Virus record (IMG/VR): IMGVR_UViG_3300032212_000092
Location: 1 to 35,574 of that record
Length of the DNA: 35,574 nt
Strand: one strand, 5' to 3'
Source of the DNA: a virus
Lineage: Duplodnaviria > Caudoviricetes
Below the pieces are notes generated by a model, which searched no databases, was not told the DNA's origin, and saw nothing but the letters and a program-made list of their open reading frames with translations. This document shows, piece after piece, positions 16,326 to 26,479 of the stretch (its first letter is position 1; each line of letters opens with the position of its first letter). Both the position numbers and the translations under genes were made by a program.

Positions 16326-18638
16326 ATGCCAAAAGATACTACTGCTGAGAAAGCAGAAGATACAATCAAAGCCGCTAAAGACTGTCTAGAGAAATACCAA
16401 GACAGAGAGAGTGAGAATATTAATCTAGCAGAGGAGGCAATCCGCTTTAGAGCCGGTGAGCAATGGCCTCAAGCAATACGCCGCGACCGAGAAGACGAAC
16501 ATCAAGAGGGCGGATCCCGTCCTTGCCCTGTCCTAGACAAAACAGACCAATACGTTAGACAAATCGTAAACGAGGAACGATTAAACCGAGCCGCTATCAA
16601 AATACGCCCCGTAGACAGTGGCGCAGACCCCGAAACAGCCGATATTTACACAGGCATAATCAGGCACATCGAGGACGAATCCGAAGCTCTAGTTGCTTAT
16701 ACAACAGCAGGAGAGCATGCTGTTGATGGTGGCTTCGGTTATTTCCGAATATTCTCTGAATACGTCAACCCGATGTCATTCAGTCAAAAGCTCACTATTA
16801 AGCGAATCAACAACCGTTTCTCTGTATCTCCAGGCTACCACACTGAATCCGACGCGGCAGACATGAAAGAGTGTCTTATTTGGGAAGATGTACGCCGCGC
16901 TGATTTTAAATCCGAATACCCAAAAGCTAAGGAGGTCGGGTTTGAGGATAACGGCGATTGGGCTGATAAAGATATGATTCGTGTAGCCGAATATTATTGT
17001 ATAAAGCCTGAACCCACTACTATTCATTTATTTGACGATGGCCGCGTCATTACCGATAAGGATTTTAAGCAAGCTAAAGAAATAGCAGAAGCAGAGGGGA
17101 TAGAAGTACCCGAGCCTGCCGCCACACGCGAAACAGCGGTAAATAAGGTTATGTGGTACAAAGTTACAGCAGAAGAGGTTCTCGAACAGCGCGAGCTAAC
17201 CGGCCTTAGCTATATCCCTGTTATTAAAGTCACAGGTAACGAGCTAACTATGCCGGACGGTAAGATTCGTTTAACGGGCGCGGTTTATGCTGCAATGGAT
17301 GCCCAAAGACTGCATAACTACTCAATCGCTGGATATGTGGAGCATGTTGCTCTTGCTCCACGCGCCCCTTGGATTGCAGAAGAGACGCAAGTTGAAGGAT
17401 ACGAGAACAGCTACTCAGACGCTAATCGCAAACCTATCGCTTTACTCAAGTATGCTGCTACAGCAGATGAGAGTGGACACCCTATCCCACCGCCACAAAG
17501 AACACCACCGGCCGGAATGTCTACAGGCTGGCAACAGATGCTTTCTAATACCGAACACGGCGTAGAAGCTGCTTTTGGTATGTATGGCGCTTCGGTGGGT
17601 GCAACAGGACAAGAGAAGTCCGGAGTAGCATTACAGGAGCAAAAAACGCAAGGCGCAATCGGTCAATATCAATTTCCTGATAATCTCGCAAGATCAATCC
17701 AACATTGCGGACGTATTTTATTAGAATGGATACCGATTGTTTACGATACAGCAACAGTTGCCCGTATTTTAGGTGAGGACGGAACACAAGAGCAGGTCCA
17801 GCTTGATCCCAACCAAGAAACCTCGATGATGGAAACAGCAGACCAGATGGGCAAACCTACTGGCAAATCCTATAATCTATCAGTCGGGACTTACGATGTA
17901 AGTGTATCGGTGGGCGCTAGTTACACATCGAAACGCCAAGAAGCTGTAGAGACACAAACCCAAATCATTCAAGCCGCGCCAGAGTTAATGCCTGTTATTG
18001 GCGATATTTTATTCGGCAACATGGATGCTCCTGGCTCCGATAAGATTTCAGAAAGACTTAAAACCATGCTACCCCCAGAGATTAAAGGTCTAGAGGAAGA
18101 AAAGGGAGAAATAGACCCACGCACTATGGAGGCTATGGCGCAAATTGAACAAGCAGCCGCCCAGCTTGAAGAAAGAGGGCAGCAATTACAAGAGTTTGAG
18201 CAAGAATTAAACAAGACTGCCGATGAAATTGGCGCTGATAAAGTAACCACAGACTCGCAATTAAAAGAATTGAGCGCACAGAGAAAAGTGCTGGCAGCTG
18301 ACTCTAAAACATTAAAAGCCACACTGGAATTATTAGGCATACAGCTTATTAATCAGATTGAAGATATAACCGAGCCAGTAATGATGGCGCTAAATGAGCA
18401 AAAACAAGAAGTACAAGAAGAGGACGAAAACGGAGAGCCGAAAACTATCGTAATTCAAGACCCAGCAATGCAAGAAATACTTGAAAACATAACATTAATG
18501 ACACAGGCATCAGTTGCACAGATGGCAGAGACTGTTAATGGTGCTCTTATGTCGGTATCTGAGAGTATTAATGCACCAAGGGAAACAACATTACAATTTG
18601 ATGAAAACGGCGAACCCATTGGGAGTGTTACGCAGTGA
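16326..18638 (+). CDS. P22-like portal protein with long C-terminal coiled-coil barrel
   Basis: FRAGEQWP, RPC, GGFGYFRI, SGVAL, DNLARS, GTYDVSVSVGASYTSKRQE motifs; position after TerL. Confidence 0.92.
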   Translation: MPKDTTAEKAEDTIKAAKDCLEKYQDRESENINLAEEAIRFRAGEQWPQAIRRDREDEHQEGGSRPCPVLDKTDQYVRQIVNEERLNRAAIKIRPVDSGADPETADIYTGIIRHIEDESEALVAYTTAGEHAVDGGFGYFRIFSEYVNPMSFSQKLTIKRINNRFSVSPGYHTESDAADMKECLIWEDVRRADFKSEYPKAKEVGFEDNGDWADKDMIRVAEYYCIKPEPTTIHLFDDGRVITDKDFKQAKEIAEAEGIEVPEPAATRETAVNKVMWYKVTAEEVLEQRELTGLSYIPVIKVTGNELTMPDGKIRLTGAVYAAMDAQRLHNYSIAGYVEHVALAPRAPWIAEETQVEGYENSYSDANRKPIALLKYAATADESGHPIPPPQRTPPAGMSTGWQQMLSNTEHGVEAAFGMYGASVGATGQEKSGVALQEQKTQGAIGQYQFPDNLARSIQHCGRILLEWIPIVYDTATVARILGEDGTQEQVQLDPNQETSMMETADQMGKPTGKSYNLSVGTYDVSVSVGASYTSKRQEAVETQTQIIQAAPELMPVIGDILFGNMDAPGSDKISERLKTMLPPEIKGLEEEKGEIDPRTMEAMAQIEQAAAQLEERGQQLQEFEQELNKTADEIGADKVTTDSQLKELSAQRKVLAADSKTLKATLELLGIQLINQIEDITEPVMMALNEQKQEVQEEDENGEPKTIVIQDPAMQEILENITLMTQASVAQMAETVNGALMSVSESINAPRETTLQFDENGEPIGSVTQ

Positions 18639-19684
18639 GCGATAACGTCTTTGTTCATCCAGCGCAGGAGGCCAATAGAGTCTCGGTTGCTACTGATGAG
18701 ATAGATGATGGTTTAGGTAATAAAACACATTATCCTATTTATAAAACGGCCTTTGGTACTGCCGATTCTGTTACTCAAGTAGATTTAAGCAACCCTTTAC
18801 CTGTAACAGCTTCATCTTTACCGCTACCAGCGGATGCAGCAACACAAACAACGCTAGCCGCAGTTTTAGCCGAGTTAGCATTAAAGGCTGATTTAACAGA
18901 GATACAGCCCGTTTCGGCATCTTGGGCTAACCCTGTGTTTACGCCTGATTTTCTTATTGAGGTTCAAAAAGGCAATATTGCTGGTCATTCAATCGTACAC
19001 AAGTACGGCAGAAATGGCGCTGTACCAAATGGATCGTGGGCTTTTGTTGGGGTGCTAGGTGCGGTAAATCACCTGTCAACACCAACTACTGTTCGCATAA
19101 AGGCTGGCGGTAATGCGGCAGACGTAGCAGGTGGCGCGGGTTGCAGAGAAATTACTGTTCAAGGTATAGATTCTACACTAGCAGAAATATCCGAGACTAT
19201 AGTCACGGCAGGAGCAAGCGCCTCAAGTGCGACCACAGCCTCTTTCTGGCGAGTACATCGCGTTAAAGACCCAATAGTCGGGACGTATGGCGCTGCAAAT
19301 ACTGGTGATATAGTTATAGAGAACTCAGGTGGCGGTACAGATCTTGTAATGGTTGCTGCTGATGAGGGGCAATCCCAGTATGCGGGGTTTACTATTCCAA
19401 CAGGAAAAACAGGGTATATTCAAACTATAACAATTACGGTGAATGCCTCAAAACCCGCTAATATTAGAATGTTTTATCGCTCAAATATAACAGATACAAC
19501 AGCCCCGATGACTGGCAAGGCATTAAAATTAAATCTTGACGGGATAGATGGTGTATTTAACTTTAGACCAGCCAGCCCTCTTAGCCCTATCCCTGCTTTG
19601 ACAGATATTTGGTTTGAGGCTTATGGGAACGGTAATGCTAGTGCCGTTTCTGTGGATTTTGAAATATTGTTAGTGGATGATTAA
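18635..19684 (+). CDS. Beta-rich putative virion accessory protein
   Basis: 349 aa, A/G/T-rich, between portal and scaffold. Confidence 0.6.
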   Translation: MSDNVFVHPAQEANRVSVATDEIDDGLGNKTHYPIYKTAFGTADSVTQVDLSNPLPVTASSLPLPADAATQTTLAAVLAELALKADLTEIQPVSASWANPVFTPDFLIEVQKGNIAGHSIVHKYGRNGAVPNGSWAFVGVLGAVNHLSTPTTVRIKAGGNAADVAGGAGCREITVQGIDSTLAEISETIVTAGASASSATTASFWRVHRVKDPIVGTYGAANTGDIVIENSGGGTDLVMVAADEGQSQYAGFTIPTGKTGYIQTITITVNASKPANIRMFYRSNITDTTAPMTGKALKLNLDGIDGVFNFRPASPLSPIPALTDIWFEAYGNGNASAVSVDFEILLVDD

Positions 19685-19865
19685 TATGATTGCTAAAGTA
19701 CAAAAGAAAGACGGTGATTTTGCTTACATTAATCCAGACCAAATTGAGAGGATTGCTGTTTTAGATTTAAGGTATTCTGTGACTATGCCGAGCGGATTCT
19801 CTTTTTATGCCGATAAAAGTGACCCAATTATTACGGGGTTAATAACTGCCGCAGATGCCGGTTAA
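19677..19865 (+). CDS. Hypothetical protein
   Basis: Coupled ORF; YINPDQIERI motif. Confidence 0.55.
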   Translation: MINMIAKVQKKDGDFAYINPDQIERIAVLDLRYSVTMPSGFSFYADKSDPIITGLITAADAG

Positions 19866-20212
19866 TGATTGATGTAACACCTCAAGGGCCTGGGTTTTTC
19901 TTTTTCTTTCGCTATAAAACGATAGAAAGCGGCGGATATAAAAAGCCGGTATATGTTGATTACGGAACCGAGGGCGAGAGATTTACACCAAAGACCAAAG
20001 ACGAGGAAGATGCTAAACCAATTATTGAAGCAGTATTGGAAAAAGCAGTAGAAACACAGGAAATAGAAACAAAAACCGATATAGATTTAATGCTTCGGTT
20101 AAGATTAGAGCGAGAAGGGCTTAATTACAATATAGCCTATCTTGAATGGGTATTAGGTCAAATTAGGCGCAGAAAAAGAAATAAAGCGGCTGTTTTGCTA
20201 TTACTGAATTAA
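19865..20212 (+). CDS. Hypothetical protein preceding the scaffold
   Basis: Coupled ORF with C-terminal RRRKRNKAAVLLLL. Confidence 0.6.
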   Translation: MIDVTPQGPGFFFFFRYKTIESGGYKKPVYVDYGTEGERFTPKTKDEEDAKPIIEAVLEKAVETQEIETKTDIDLMLRLRLEREGLNYNIAYLEWVLGQIRRRKRNKAAVLLLLN

Positions 20213-20242
20213 GTGTTATTATTAAAACGTACTACATTGTCA

Positions 20243-20256
20243 CTGTCGTGAGACAG
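20243..20256 (+). promoter_or_regulatory. Late leader hairpin CTGTC-GTGA-GACAG
   Basis: Same family as 21121, 25534 and 29404. Confidence 0.55.
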
Positions 20257-20308
20257 CAAGTTAGATGTAGATGTAATGCTGAGAAGCATAACTAAATGGA
20301 GACATAAA

Positions 20309-21109
20309 ATGTCCGAAGAAGAAACGGTCACAACTACCGAAAACGTTGATGTTGAACAAACTCCCGAAGCTGCTGAAACAGCAGAAAACACCTCTGTCGA
20401 GGATGCGGAAGCCACAACCGCCGAAGAGACTACGGAAGCCCCAGAAGTTGAGGAAAAACCGAAAGTTGATCGAACTAAGAAAAAAATGGCAAAAGTCTCG
20501 TATGAGAATAGAGAGCTAAAAAGACAGGTAGCGCAACTAGCTAAAGCAGTAGAAGAGCAATCAAAAGCTGTATCTGCCGCCCAAGGCAAAACTGAGCCGC
20601 CTAATATTGAAGATTATGACACGATGAATGATTATCTTGATGCAAGAGATAATTACCGTGATACGCAGCGCGAGGCGAAAGCCAAGCCGGAGGCTAGAGA
20701 AACAGCTAACACAGGATACGATCCTCGTGATGAGTTGTTTGATAACGGCCAAGAGCGTTATGATGATTTTGAAGAGGTTGTTGGTGGTGATGTAAGTATT
20801 TCCCCACAAATGGCCGCAGCAATCTTTGAAATTGACGACCCAGATCTTCAAGTTGATGTTGCTTATTATTTTGGTAACAACCATAAAGAAGCAAGCAAAA
20901 TAGCTCGATTGTCAGAGAGGCGGCAAATCGCAGAGGTCGCTAAGATTGAGGTTAAATTATCAAACAAAACCCCTGCAAAAAAGACAGCGTCTAAGGCGTT
21001 TAAACCCATAAATCCTGTTGGAGGAGCTAAAACCTCAAGCAGCGAGATTCAACCCGTAGAGGAATTTGAATCATTTATGAAAAAGCGCAACAAACAACTA
21101 AGACGCTAA
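20309..21109 (+). CDS. Scaffolding protein
   Basis: Acidic N-terminus, coiled coil, PPNIEDYD, VAYYFG, KPINPVGG; directly upstream of the coat gene; GGAG SD. Confidence 0.8.
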   Translation: MSEEETVTTTENVDVEQTPEAAETAENTSVEDAEATTAEETTEAPEVEEKPKVDRTKKKMAKVSYENRELKRQVAQLAKAVEEQSKAVSAAQGKTEPPNIEDYDTMNDYLDARDNYRDTQREAKAKPEARETANTGYDPRDELFDNGQERYDDFEEVVGGDVSISPQMAAAIFEIDDPDLQVDVAYYFGNNHKEASKIARLSERRQIAEVAKIEVKLSNKTPAKKTASKAFKPINPVGGAKTSSSEIQPVEEFESFMKKRNKQLRR

Positions 21110-21120
21110 ACATTAATTTA

Positions 21121-21134
21121 TAGTCGGGAGACTA
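21121..21134 (+). promoter_or_regulatory. RBS hairpin TAGTC-GGGA-GACTA of the major capsid gene
   Basis: Stem ends 3 nt before the ATG. Confidence 0.6.
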
Positions 21135-21137
21135 AAA

Positions 21138-22319
21138 ATGGCAAACTCAATATTAACTATCGACCAAATCACGAATGAGGCATTGCGCCTCGCTCATGAA
21201 AAAGCGTCATTCATCGGTACGATTAACCGCCAGTTCGACAGCTCGTTTGGCCGCTCGGATGGTAAAATCGGCGACACACTCCGTATCCGCAAACCTTCAC
21301 AATACACTCGCCGTCAAGGTAGTCGTGTTATGGACGTTCAAGATGCAGAAGAGCAAAACACAACTTTAGTAACAGCAACGCAAGATGGTGTTGATATGAA
21401 GTTTAACTCACGCGAATTATCGCTTGATCTGCAAAACTTCTCACAGCAGCACTTAGAACCAGCTATGGCGGCAATGATTTCAGGTATTGAATCTGATGTT
21501 ATCCAAGGTTGCACTAAATTAACTTACAACCTAGCAGGCACAGCAGGAACGCCTCCGACAGATCTCGCCTCAACAGGTGCGGCACGCGCCAAATTAAACC
21601 AAAACTTAGCCCCTAAAGATGGAAACCGATGTATTCAGATGGATTCTGTAACTATGGGCGGCTTAGTGAATGGCTTAAAAGGTTTATTCCAAGATTCAGA
21701 CCAAATCAAAAAACAATACCGTGAAGGTATGGTTGGACGTACTGCGATGGCTGATTTCTATGAGAACGAGCGCGTATGGACAATGACCAACGGCGCAGAT
21801 GTAGCTGGTGCAATCAATCAGACTTCATTCACAAACGGTCTCAGCACTTTGACTGTTGATGCTTATACAGCAGCGCCGGAGGTTGGCTCTGTTTTCACTA
21901 TCGCCAGCGTTAAGCAGGTACACCCCGAGACTAAAGCTTCATTTAGTCACGATCAACAATTTACTGTTACAGCGGCAACAACTACTTCTATCACGTTCTC
22001 TCCTGCTATGTATTGGGAAGGTGCGCGCCAGAATGTTGATCATCAACCGTCTAACGATGACGTGATCACTCATGTAGGTTCAGCTTCTACGGGTTATGTT
22101 CAAAACTTGATGTATCATAAAGATGCATTCACTTTTGCGACTGCCGCCCTACCAATGATGGCTGATGCGGCTAAATGTGTCGTTAAGTCATACGACGGTT
22201 TAAGTGTTCGTGTGTGGCAAGCGTCGGATATTCGCAATGATGAAATGTTGACTCGTATCGATATGCTGTATGGTTATGCAGCTATCCGTCCTGAGTGGGC
22301 TTCACGTGTTACTTCTTAA
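21138..22319 (+). CDS. Major capsid protein, P22 gp5 family
   Basis: MANSILT..ITNEAL, KIGDTLRIRKP, YHKDAFTFATA, TRIDMLYGYAAIRPEWA. Confidence 0.92.
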   Translation: MANSILTIDQITNEALRLAHEKASFIGTINRQFDSSFGRSDGKIGDTLRIRKPSQYTRRQGSRVMDVQDAEEQNTTLVTATQDGVDMKFNSRELSLDLQNFSQQHLEPAMAAMISGIESDVIQGCTKLTYNLAGTAGTPPTDLASTGAARAKLNQNLAPKDGNRCIQMDSVTMGGLVNGLKGLFQDSDQIKKQYREGMVGRTAMADFYENERVWTMTNGADVAGAINQTSFTNGLSTLTVDAYTAAPEVGSVFTIASVKQVHPETKASFSHDQQFTVTAATTTSITFSPAMYWEGARQNVDHQPSNDDVITHVGSASTGYVQNLMYHKDAFTFATAALPMMADAAKCVVKSYDGLSVRVWQASDIRNDEMLTRIDMLYGYAAIRPEWASRVTS

Positions 22320-22330
22320 GGAGAATTAAA

Positions 22331-22822
22331 ATGGCTTTAGCAGATGTAGAAAGATTAGATTATGGTTCTCCTGATGGTAGTCTTGCAAAAGGCTTGCATC
22401 GTGAGGTTATTTCTGGCAAGGGCAACACCACGATAGCTTATGAGTTGAAACCAGAGCAGTCTGGTGCGCTCTGTTTGTTTGATGCGGCTGATGGTGTTAT
22501 TTACACGCTACCTGCTCCTGTTGTCGGCATGAAGTTTGACTTCATAGTGACGGTGGCTGGTACGAGTAACGCGTACTCTATTGATACAGACGCAGCAACT
22601 ACCTTTATTGGTGGCGGTGTTGGTTCGTTTTCAACAACTGTTGCAGAGGGTGGCGATAGCTTTGCTGCTGATATTGCGGCGACTGTATCATGTGACCTTG
22701 ATAGTGATTTGACCGGTCGATTGGTTGGTACTCAACTATCTATCACTTGCACAAGCGCAACAACGTGGGTTATCTCTGGTAACATTCACGGCGTTGGCAC
22801 ACTAGCGACTCCATTCGCATAA
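22331..22822 (+). CDS. Putative capsid decoration / minor virion protein
   Basis: AAGGAG SD; lies between the coat gene and the terminator. Confidence 0.6.
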   Translation: MALADVERLDYGSPDGSLAKGLHREVISGKGNTTIAYELKPEQSGALCLFDAADGVIYTLPAPVVGMKFDFIVTVAGTSNAYSIDTDAATTFIGGGVGSFSTTVAEGGDSFAADIAATVSCDLDSDLTGRLVGTQLSITCTSATTWVISGNIHGVGTLATPFA

Positions 22823-22828
22823 TTGTAA

Positions 22829-22853
22829 GCCCCCTCTTCGGAGGGGCATTTTT
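22829..22853 (+). terminator. Rho-independent terminator
   Basis: CCCCTC-TTCG-GAGGGG followed by CATTTTT. Confidence 0.85.
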
Positions 22854-22864
22854 AAGGATAAATT

Positions 22865-23134
22865 ATGGAAATTTACCAATTACACCCTAATCATGGTCGC
22901 CATATTGCTTATAATCAATTAGAAGAAAAGGGCAACATTGAGAACGGCTGGGCAACAGTAACAAAAGAAGAATTTTACTCTGGAATCCTAAGTAAGCCGA
23001 AGCCAAAAGAAGAAAATAAAGAAGAATACAAATTATCGCATGATGAATTGGTCGAGCTTTACGTGTTGAAGTTTGGCAAAAAACCGCATCATAAATTGAG
23101 CGCGGAAAACATCCAAAAGAAGCTTGATGAATAA
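22865..23134 (+). CDS. Hypothetical head-completion-region protein
   Basis: HPNHG...Y..KFGKKPHH pattern; AAGGA SD. Confidence 0.65.
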   Translation: MEIYQLHPNHGRHIAYNQLEEKGNIENGWATVTKEEFYSGILSKPKPKEENKEEYKLSHDELVELYVLKFGKKPHHKLSAENIQKKLDE

Positions 23135-23877
23135 TGGCTGTCAACACAGAAAACGGCACTCTTAGCTCATTTACTGCAAGTGATATTATCACTCGCGCTT
23201 ATCGTATTCTAGGCGATATTGCAACAGGTGAGACAATTACAGCAGCGCAAGGCAGTGTTGGGCTTGAGGCGCTAAACGCCATGTTAGATGCGTTTTCTAT
23301 TGAGAGGTTGATGATTTACGAAGTAAGGCAAGAGGATTTAACTTGGCCATCATCCACAACAAGCCGCACGATAGGTAGCGGGGCAGATTTTGACACACAT
23401 AGGCCCGACAGAGTTGAAACCGGCACTTTTTTTATAGACTCAAACAATATTGCATACCCTGTTGATATAATTAGAAATAGAGAAGTTTACGACAGCATCC
23501 CTGATAAAACGGTGACATCTTCATACCCGAGCAAGCTATTTTATGATCCGTCATCTACATGGGGAACGCTTTATGTTTACCCAATACCTGACGCCTCTTT
23601 GACATTAAAGCTTAATTCTTGGCAGCCATTACAGATATTTGACAATCTAACCGAGGCTCACGTCCTTCCGGCGGGCTATCGTCGAATGATGGCGTACAAT
23701 CTCGCACTGGAATTAGAGTCTGAGGCAGGCTTACCGATGGCCTCAAACGCCATAAGAATTGCCTTACAGTCAAAAGCATCAATTAAAAAGCATAATAACT
23801 TACCTATATTATCATCAACCAGTACAGCTTACGTGCTAGATGGTCGGGGTCGATCTGATATTATGGCAGGCCAATGA
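23134..23877 (+). CDS. Head-tail adaptor (P22 gp4-like)
   Basis: TASDIITRAYRILG...LEALNAMLD...LPAGYRRMMAYNLALEL; position. Confidence 0.75.
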   Translation: MAVNTENGTLSSFTASDIITRAYRILGDIATGETITAAQGSVGLEALNAMLDAFSIERLMIYEVRQEDLTWPSSTTSRTIGSGADFDTHRPDRVETGTFFIDSNNIAYPVDIIRNREVYDSIPDKTVTSSYPSKLFYDPSSTWGTLYVYPIPDASLTLKLNSWQPLQIFDNLTEAHVLPAGYRRMMAYNLALELESEAGLPMASNAIRIALQSKASIKKHNNLPILSSTSTAYVLDGRGRSDIMAGQ

Positions 23878-25298
23878 GAGCAGAAGCCCCTCTTTTTGGT
23901 TTAGGTCTTCATTCTAAGTCGCCTAACGTAACAAGTAACAAGTTAATCAATGCTTATTATGAGTTCCAGAAAAACCCAGACAGAACATCGGTCGCGATTT
24001 ATGGTACGCCAGGGCTTACTCTGTTTTTAGATCAAGGCGACACCCCTTGGAGAGGGCTGCACGTTGTTGATAATACAATGTATGGCGTTCATCGAGGCAC
24101 GTTTTACTCGATAACAAATGCTGCTGTTGCTACAGCAAGAGGCACGATAGGCACAACAAGCGGAAAGGTAGGGATTTGTGATGATGGTACGCTTATTACT
24201 GTTGTTGATGGTAGTGAAATTTATACTTATGATACTACTTCGCCAGCTACGCCTATTGCGGCGGTAGCGGATGCAGACCGACCTACAAGTCCAAATACAT
24301 GCGTATTTCAAGGCGGAAGAATATTAACCGATGAAAATGGTACAAGCCAATTCAAGGGTAGTGAGTTATACGATAACACAGATTGGGACGCGCTCGATTT
24401 TGCTACGGCTGAATCAAACCCCGATAATTTAATAAGAGTTATCAATTACCGAGGTACTGTTGTCTTGTTTGGACAATATACAACTGAATTCTGGTCGAAT
24501 ATCGGTGGTTCGGGATTTCCTTATACCAAAGTACTACAAGCAGATGTTGAGTATGGTCTTGATGCCCGATGGTCTGTCGCACCTTTTGCTGGAACATTCG
24601 CTTTCTTAGCTACAAACCGAGAAGGTCAAGTCATTGTTTCGGTGTTAAATGGGTATTCTACGCCTACAAGAATTTCCAACTTTGAACTAGAAAATGAAAT
24701 AAACAGTTATGCCACTACCGGCGATGCGTCTGGTTTTGGCTATATGTTGGGAGGCCATCCAATGTATCAGCTTAATTTCCCCACAGAGAGCAAAACGTGG
24801 CTTTATGATGGCTCGACTCAATATTGGTCAGAGTTACAATATAATTCAGGCGAAAGACACAGGGCGGAACTAAGTGTCGATTTTCTTGGTAAAACCATCG
24901 TTTCTGACTACGAAAACGGAAAAATATATAAACTGGAGTCCGAAGCATTAACGGATAACGGTATGGATATACATATGATATTATCCGGTAAACATATATT
25001 TAATCAAAAAAAGAAGGTGCGATTTACTCGGTTAGAACTAGGATTAGAGTCTGGAGTAGGTCTTGTTACAGGCCAAGGATCCGAACCTGTTGCTGGTTTG
25101 CGTATTTCAAAAGATGGTGGTAATTCATTCGGCGCAGAAACTTACGCTCGTATGGGCAAGCAAGGTGAATACACTAAACGTTGTATTTGGCGAAATTTAG
25201 GCTCTGGGCGAGATATCGTACCACAGATAACAATAACCGACCCAGTAAAACGAGTTATTACAGACTGCACCTTAATTATTGAGGATGGATTATCATGA
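23874..25298 (+). CDS. Tail hub / DNA stabilisation protein (P22 gp10-like)
   Basis: LYGTPGL-like start, DFATAESNPD, GHPMYQLNFP..SKTWLYD, SKDGG..FG, WRNLG motifs. Confidence 0.85.
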   Translation: MRAEAPLFGLGLHSKSPNVTSNKLINAYYEFQKNPDRTSVAIYGTPGLTLFLDQGDTPWRGLHVVDNTMYGVHRGTFYSITNAAVATARGTIGTTSGKVGICDDGTLITVVDGSEIYTYDTTSPATPIAAVADADRPTSPNTCVFQGGRILTDENGTSQFKGSELYDNTDWDALDFATAESNPDNLIRVINYRGTVVLFGQYTTEFWSNIGGSGFPYTKVLQADVEYGLDARWSVAPFAGTFAFLATNREGQVIVSVLNGYSTPTRISNFELENEINSYATTGDASGFGYMLGGHPMYQLNFPTESKTWLYDGSTQYWSELQYNSGERHRAELSVDFLGKTIVSDYENGKIYKLESEALTDNGMDIHMILSGKHIFNQKKKVRFTRLELGLESGVGLVTGQGSEPVAGLRISKDGGNSFGAETYARMGKQGEYTKRCIWRNLGSGRDIVPQITITDPVKRVITDCTLIIEDGLS

Positions 25299-25528
25299 GC
25301 CAACCTCCTACACAGAAGCCATTTGATGAAAACGGCAACCCAGATAACGCATGGATTGAATGGGCCTTAAATGTTACTCGCAACTTAAAATATAAAGGCT
25401 CTGACACTACGGCAAACAGACCGACGAACGGCCTAACTGATGGTGACTGGTATTTAGATACTACATTAGGCTATCCTATATGGTATTATGGTAGTGTGTG
25501 GATAAATAGCGCAGGCACTACAGTTTAA
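25295..25528 (+). CDS. Small tail protein (needle/plug position)
   Basis: GSDTTANRPT...YLDTTLGYPIW motif; follows the gp10-like gene. Confidence 0.55.
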   Translation: MSQPPTQKPFDENGNPDNAWIEWALNVTRNLKYKGSDTTANRPTNGLTDGDWYLDTTLGYPIWYYGSVWINSAGTTV

Positions 25529-25533
25529 AATTA

Positions 25534-25547
25534 CTGTCGGGAGACAG
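25534..25547 (+). promoter_or_regulatory. RBS hairpin CTGTC-GGGA-GACAG
   Basis: Stem ends 3 nt before ATG 25551. Confidence 0.6.
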
Positions 25548-25550
25548 AAA

Positions 25551-26477
25551 ATGACGCAAATTCAGCATGTAACAAAAAAAGAAATGTTAAGGCGTACCGG
25601 CACAAACGCGCTTGGCTACACTTACCCAAAAGAAAACCTCATTCTTTTAGAGAAAGGCTTAACCGGAAAGAAAAAGCGAGAAGTTATAGCCCACGAAAAA
25701 AACCATCTAGCAAAAGGTGAAGAGGGGCCGTTTTGGGGTGCTGTTGCTATGGCTGCTGCATCCTTGATAGGCAACAACCAAAAGAAACAGGCTGAAAAAA
25801 GAGCGGCTGGAAATGCCGAGGCAAGAATAAAAGACTCGGAAACTAATCAGCTAGCCGCAATAAGAGAGGGCGTTAATAATGCTTTACCCGCACTTACTGG
25901 TGGTTATGAAAGCGCGAAAAATTACCTTTCCCCTTATGCTAGCTTTGGTGCAGATCAGCTTACAGAAACTCAGAATTGGCTTAAATCGCCAGAAGGTAGA
26001 TTTAACGCGCCCACTATGGATGACGTAAAGAATAGCGCTGGATATTCTTCTAGGCTTGGAGCAATAGAAAACTCAGCAGCAGCTAAAGGTGGTTTATTTT
26101 CTGGTAATGCCCTTAGAGATATAGGTGATTTTGGCTCAAGAGAATATGAAAAAGAATATGGTCGAAATTTAAACGCCTATTTGCAAGACCTATCAACGAG
26201 AATGGGGTTGCTTCAATTTGGTTCAGACGCAGCCAGACGGTCTGCTGGACTAGAGTCAGAATATGCATCTAACACAGCAAATATCCACACTGGCAAAGCC
26301 AGCAATTTATCGGGTATTTATAGCGCGTCCGCTTCTCCGCTTGCTAATTTGGCATTAAAAAAAGGCGGCTCAGACTCAAGGCAAATTGATGATTTCAGTA
26401 ACACATTAGGCAGCGCATACGGAGAATATCAAGGAAATAAAAATTGGAATGATTTTTTAAGTAGGATGGGGAGGTAA
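25551..26477 (+). CDS. DNA ejection protein (gp7-like) with N-terminal HExxH metallopeptidase-like segment
   Basis: LSPYASFG, SAAAKGGLFSGNAL motifs of gp7-like proteins; N-terminal REVIAHEKNH. Confidence 0.7.
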   Translation: MTQIQHVTKKEMLRRTGTNALGYTYPKENLILLEKGLTGKKKREVIAHEKNHLAKGEEGPFWGAVAMAAASLIGNNQKKQAEKRAAGNAEARIKDSETNQLAAIREGVNNALPALTGGYESAKNYLSPYASFGADQLTETQNWLKSPEGRFNAPTMDDVKNSAGYSSRLGAIENSAAAKGGLFSGNALRDIGDFGSREYEKEYGRNLNAYLQDLSTRMGLLQFGSDAARRSAGLESEYASNTANIHTGKASNLSGIYSASASPLANLALKKGGSDSRQIDDFSNTLGSAYGEYQGNKNWNDFLSRMGR

Positions 26478-26479
26478 TC

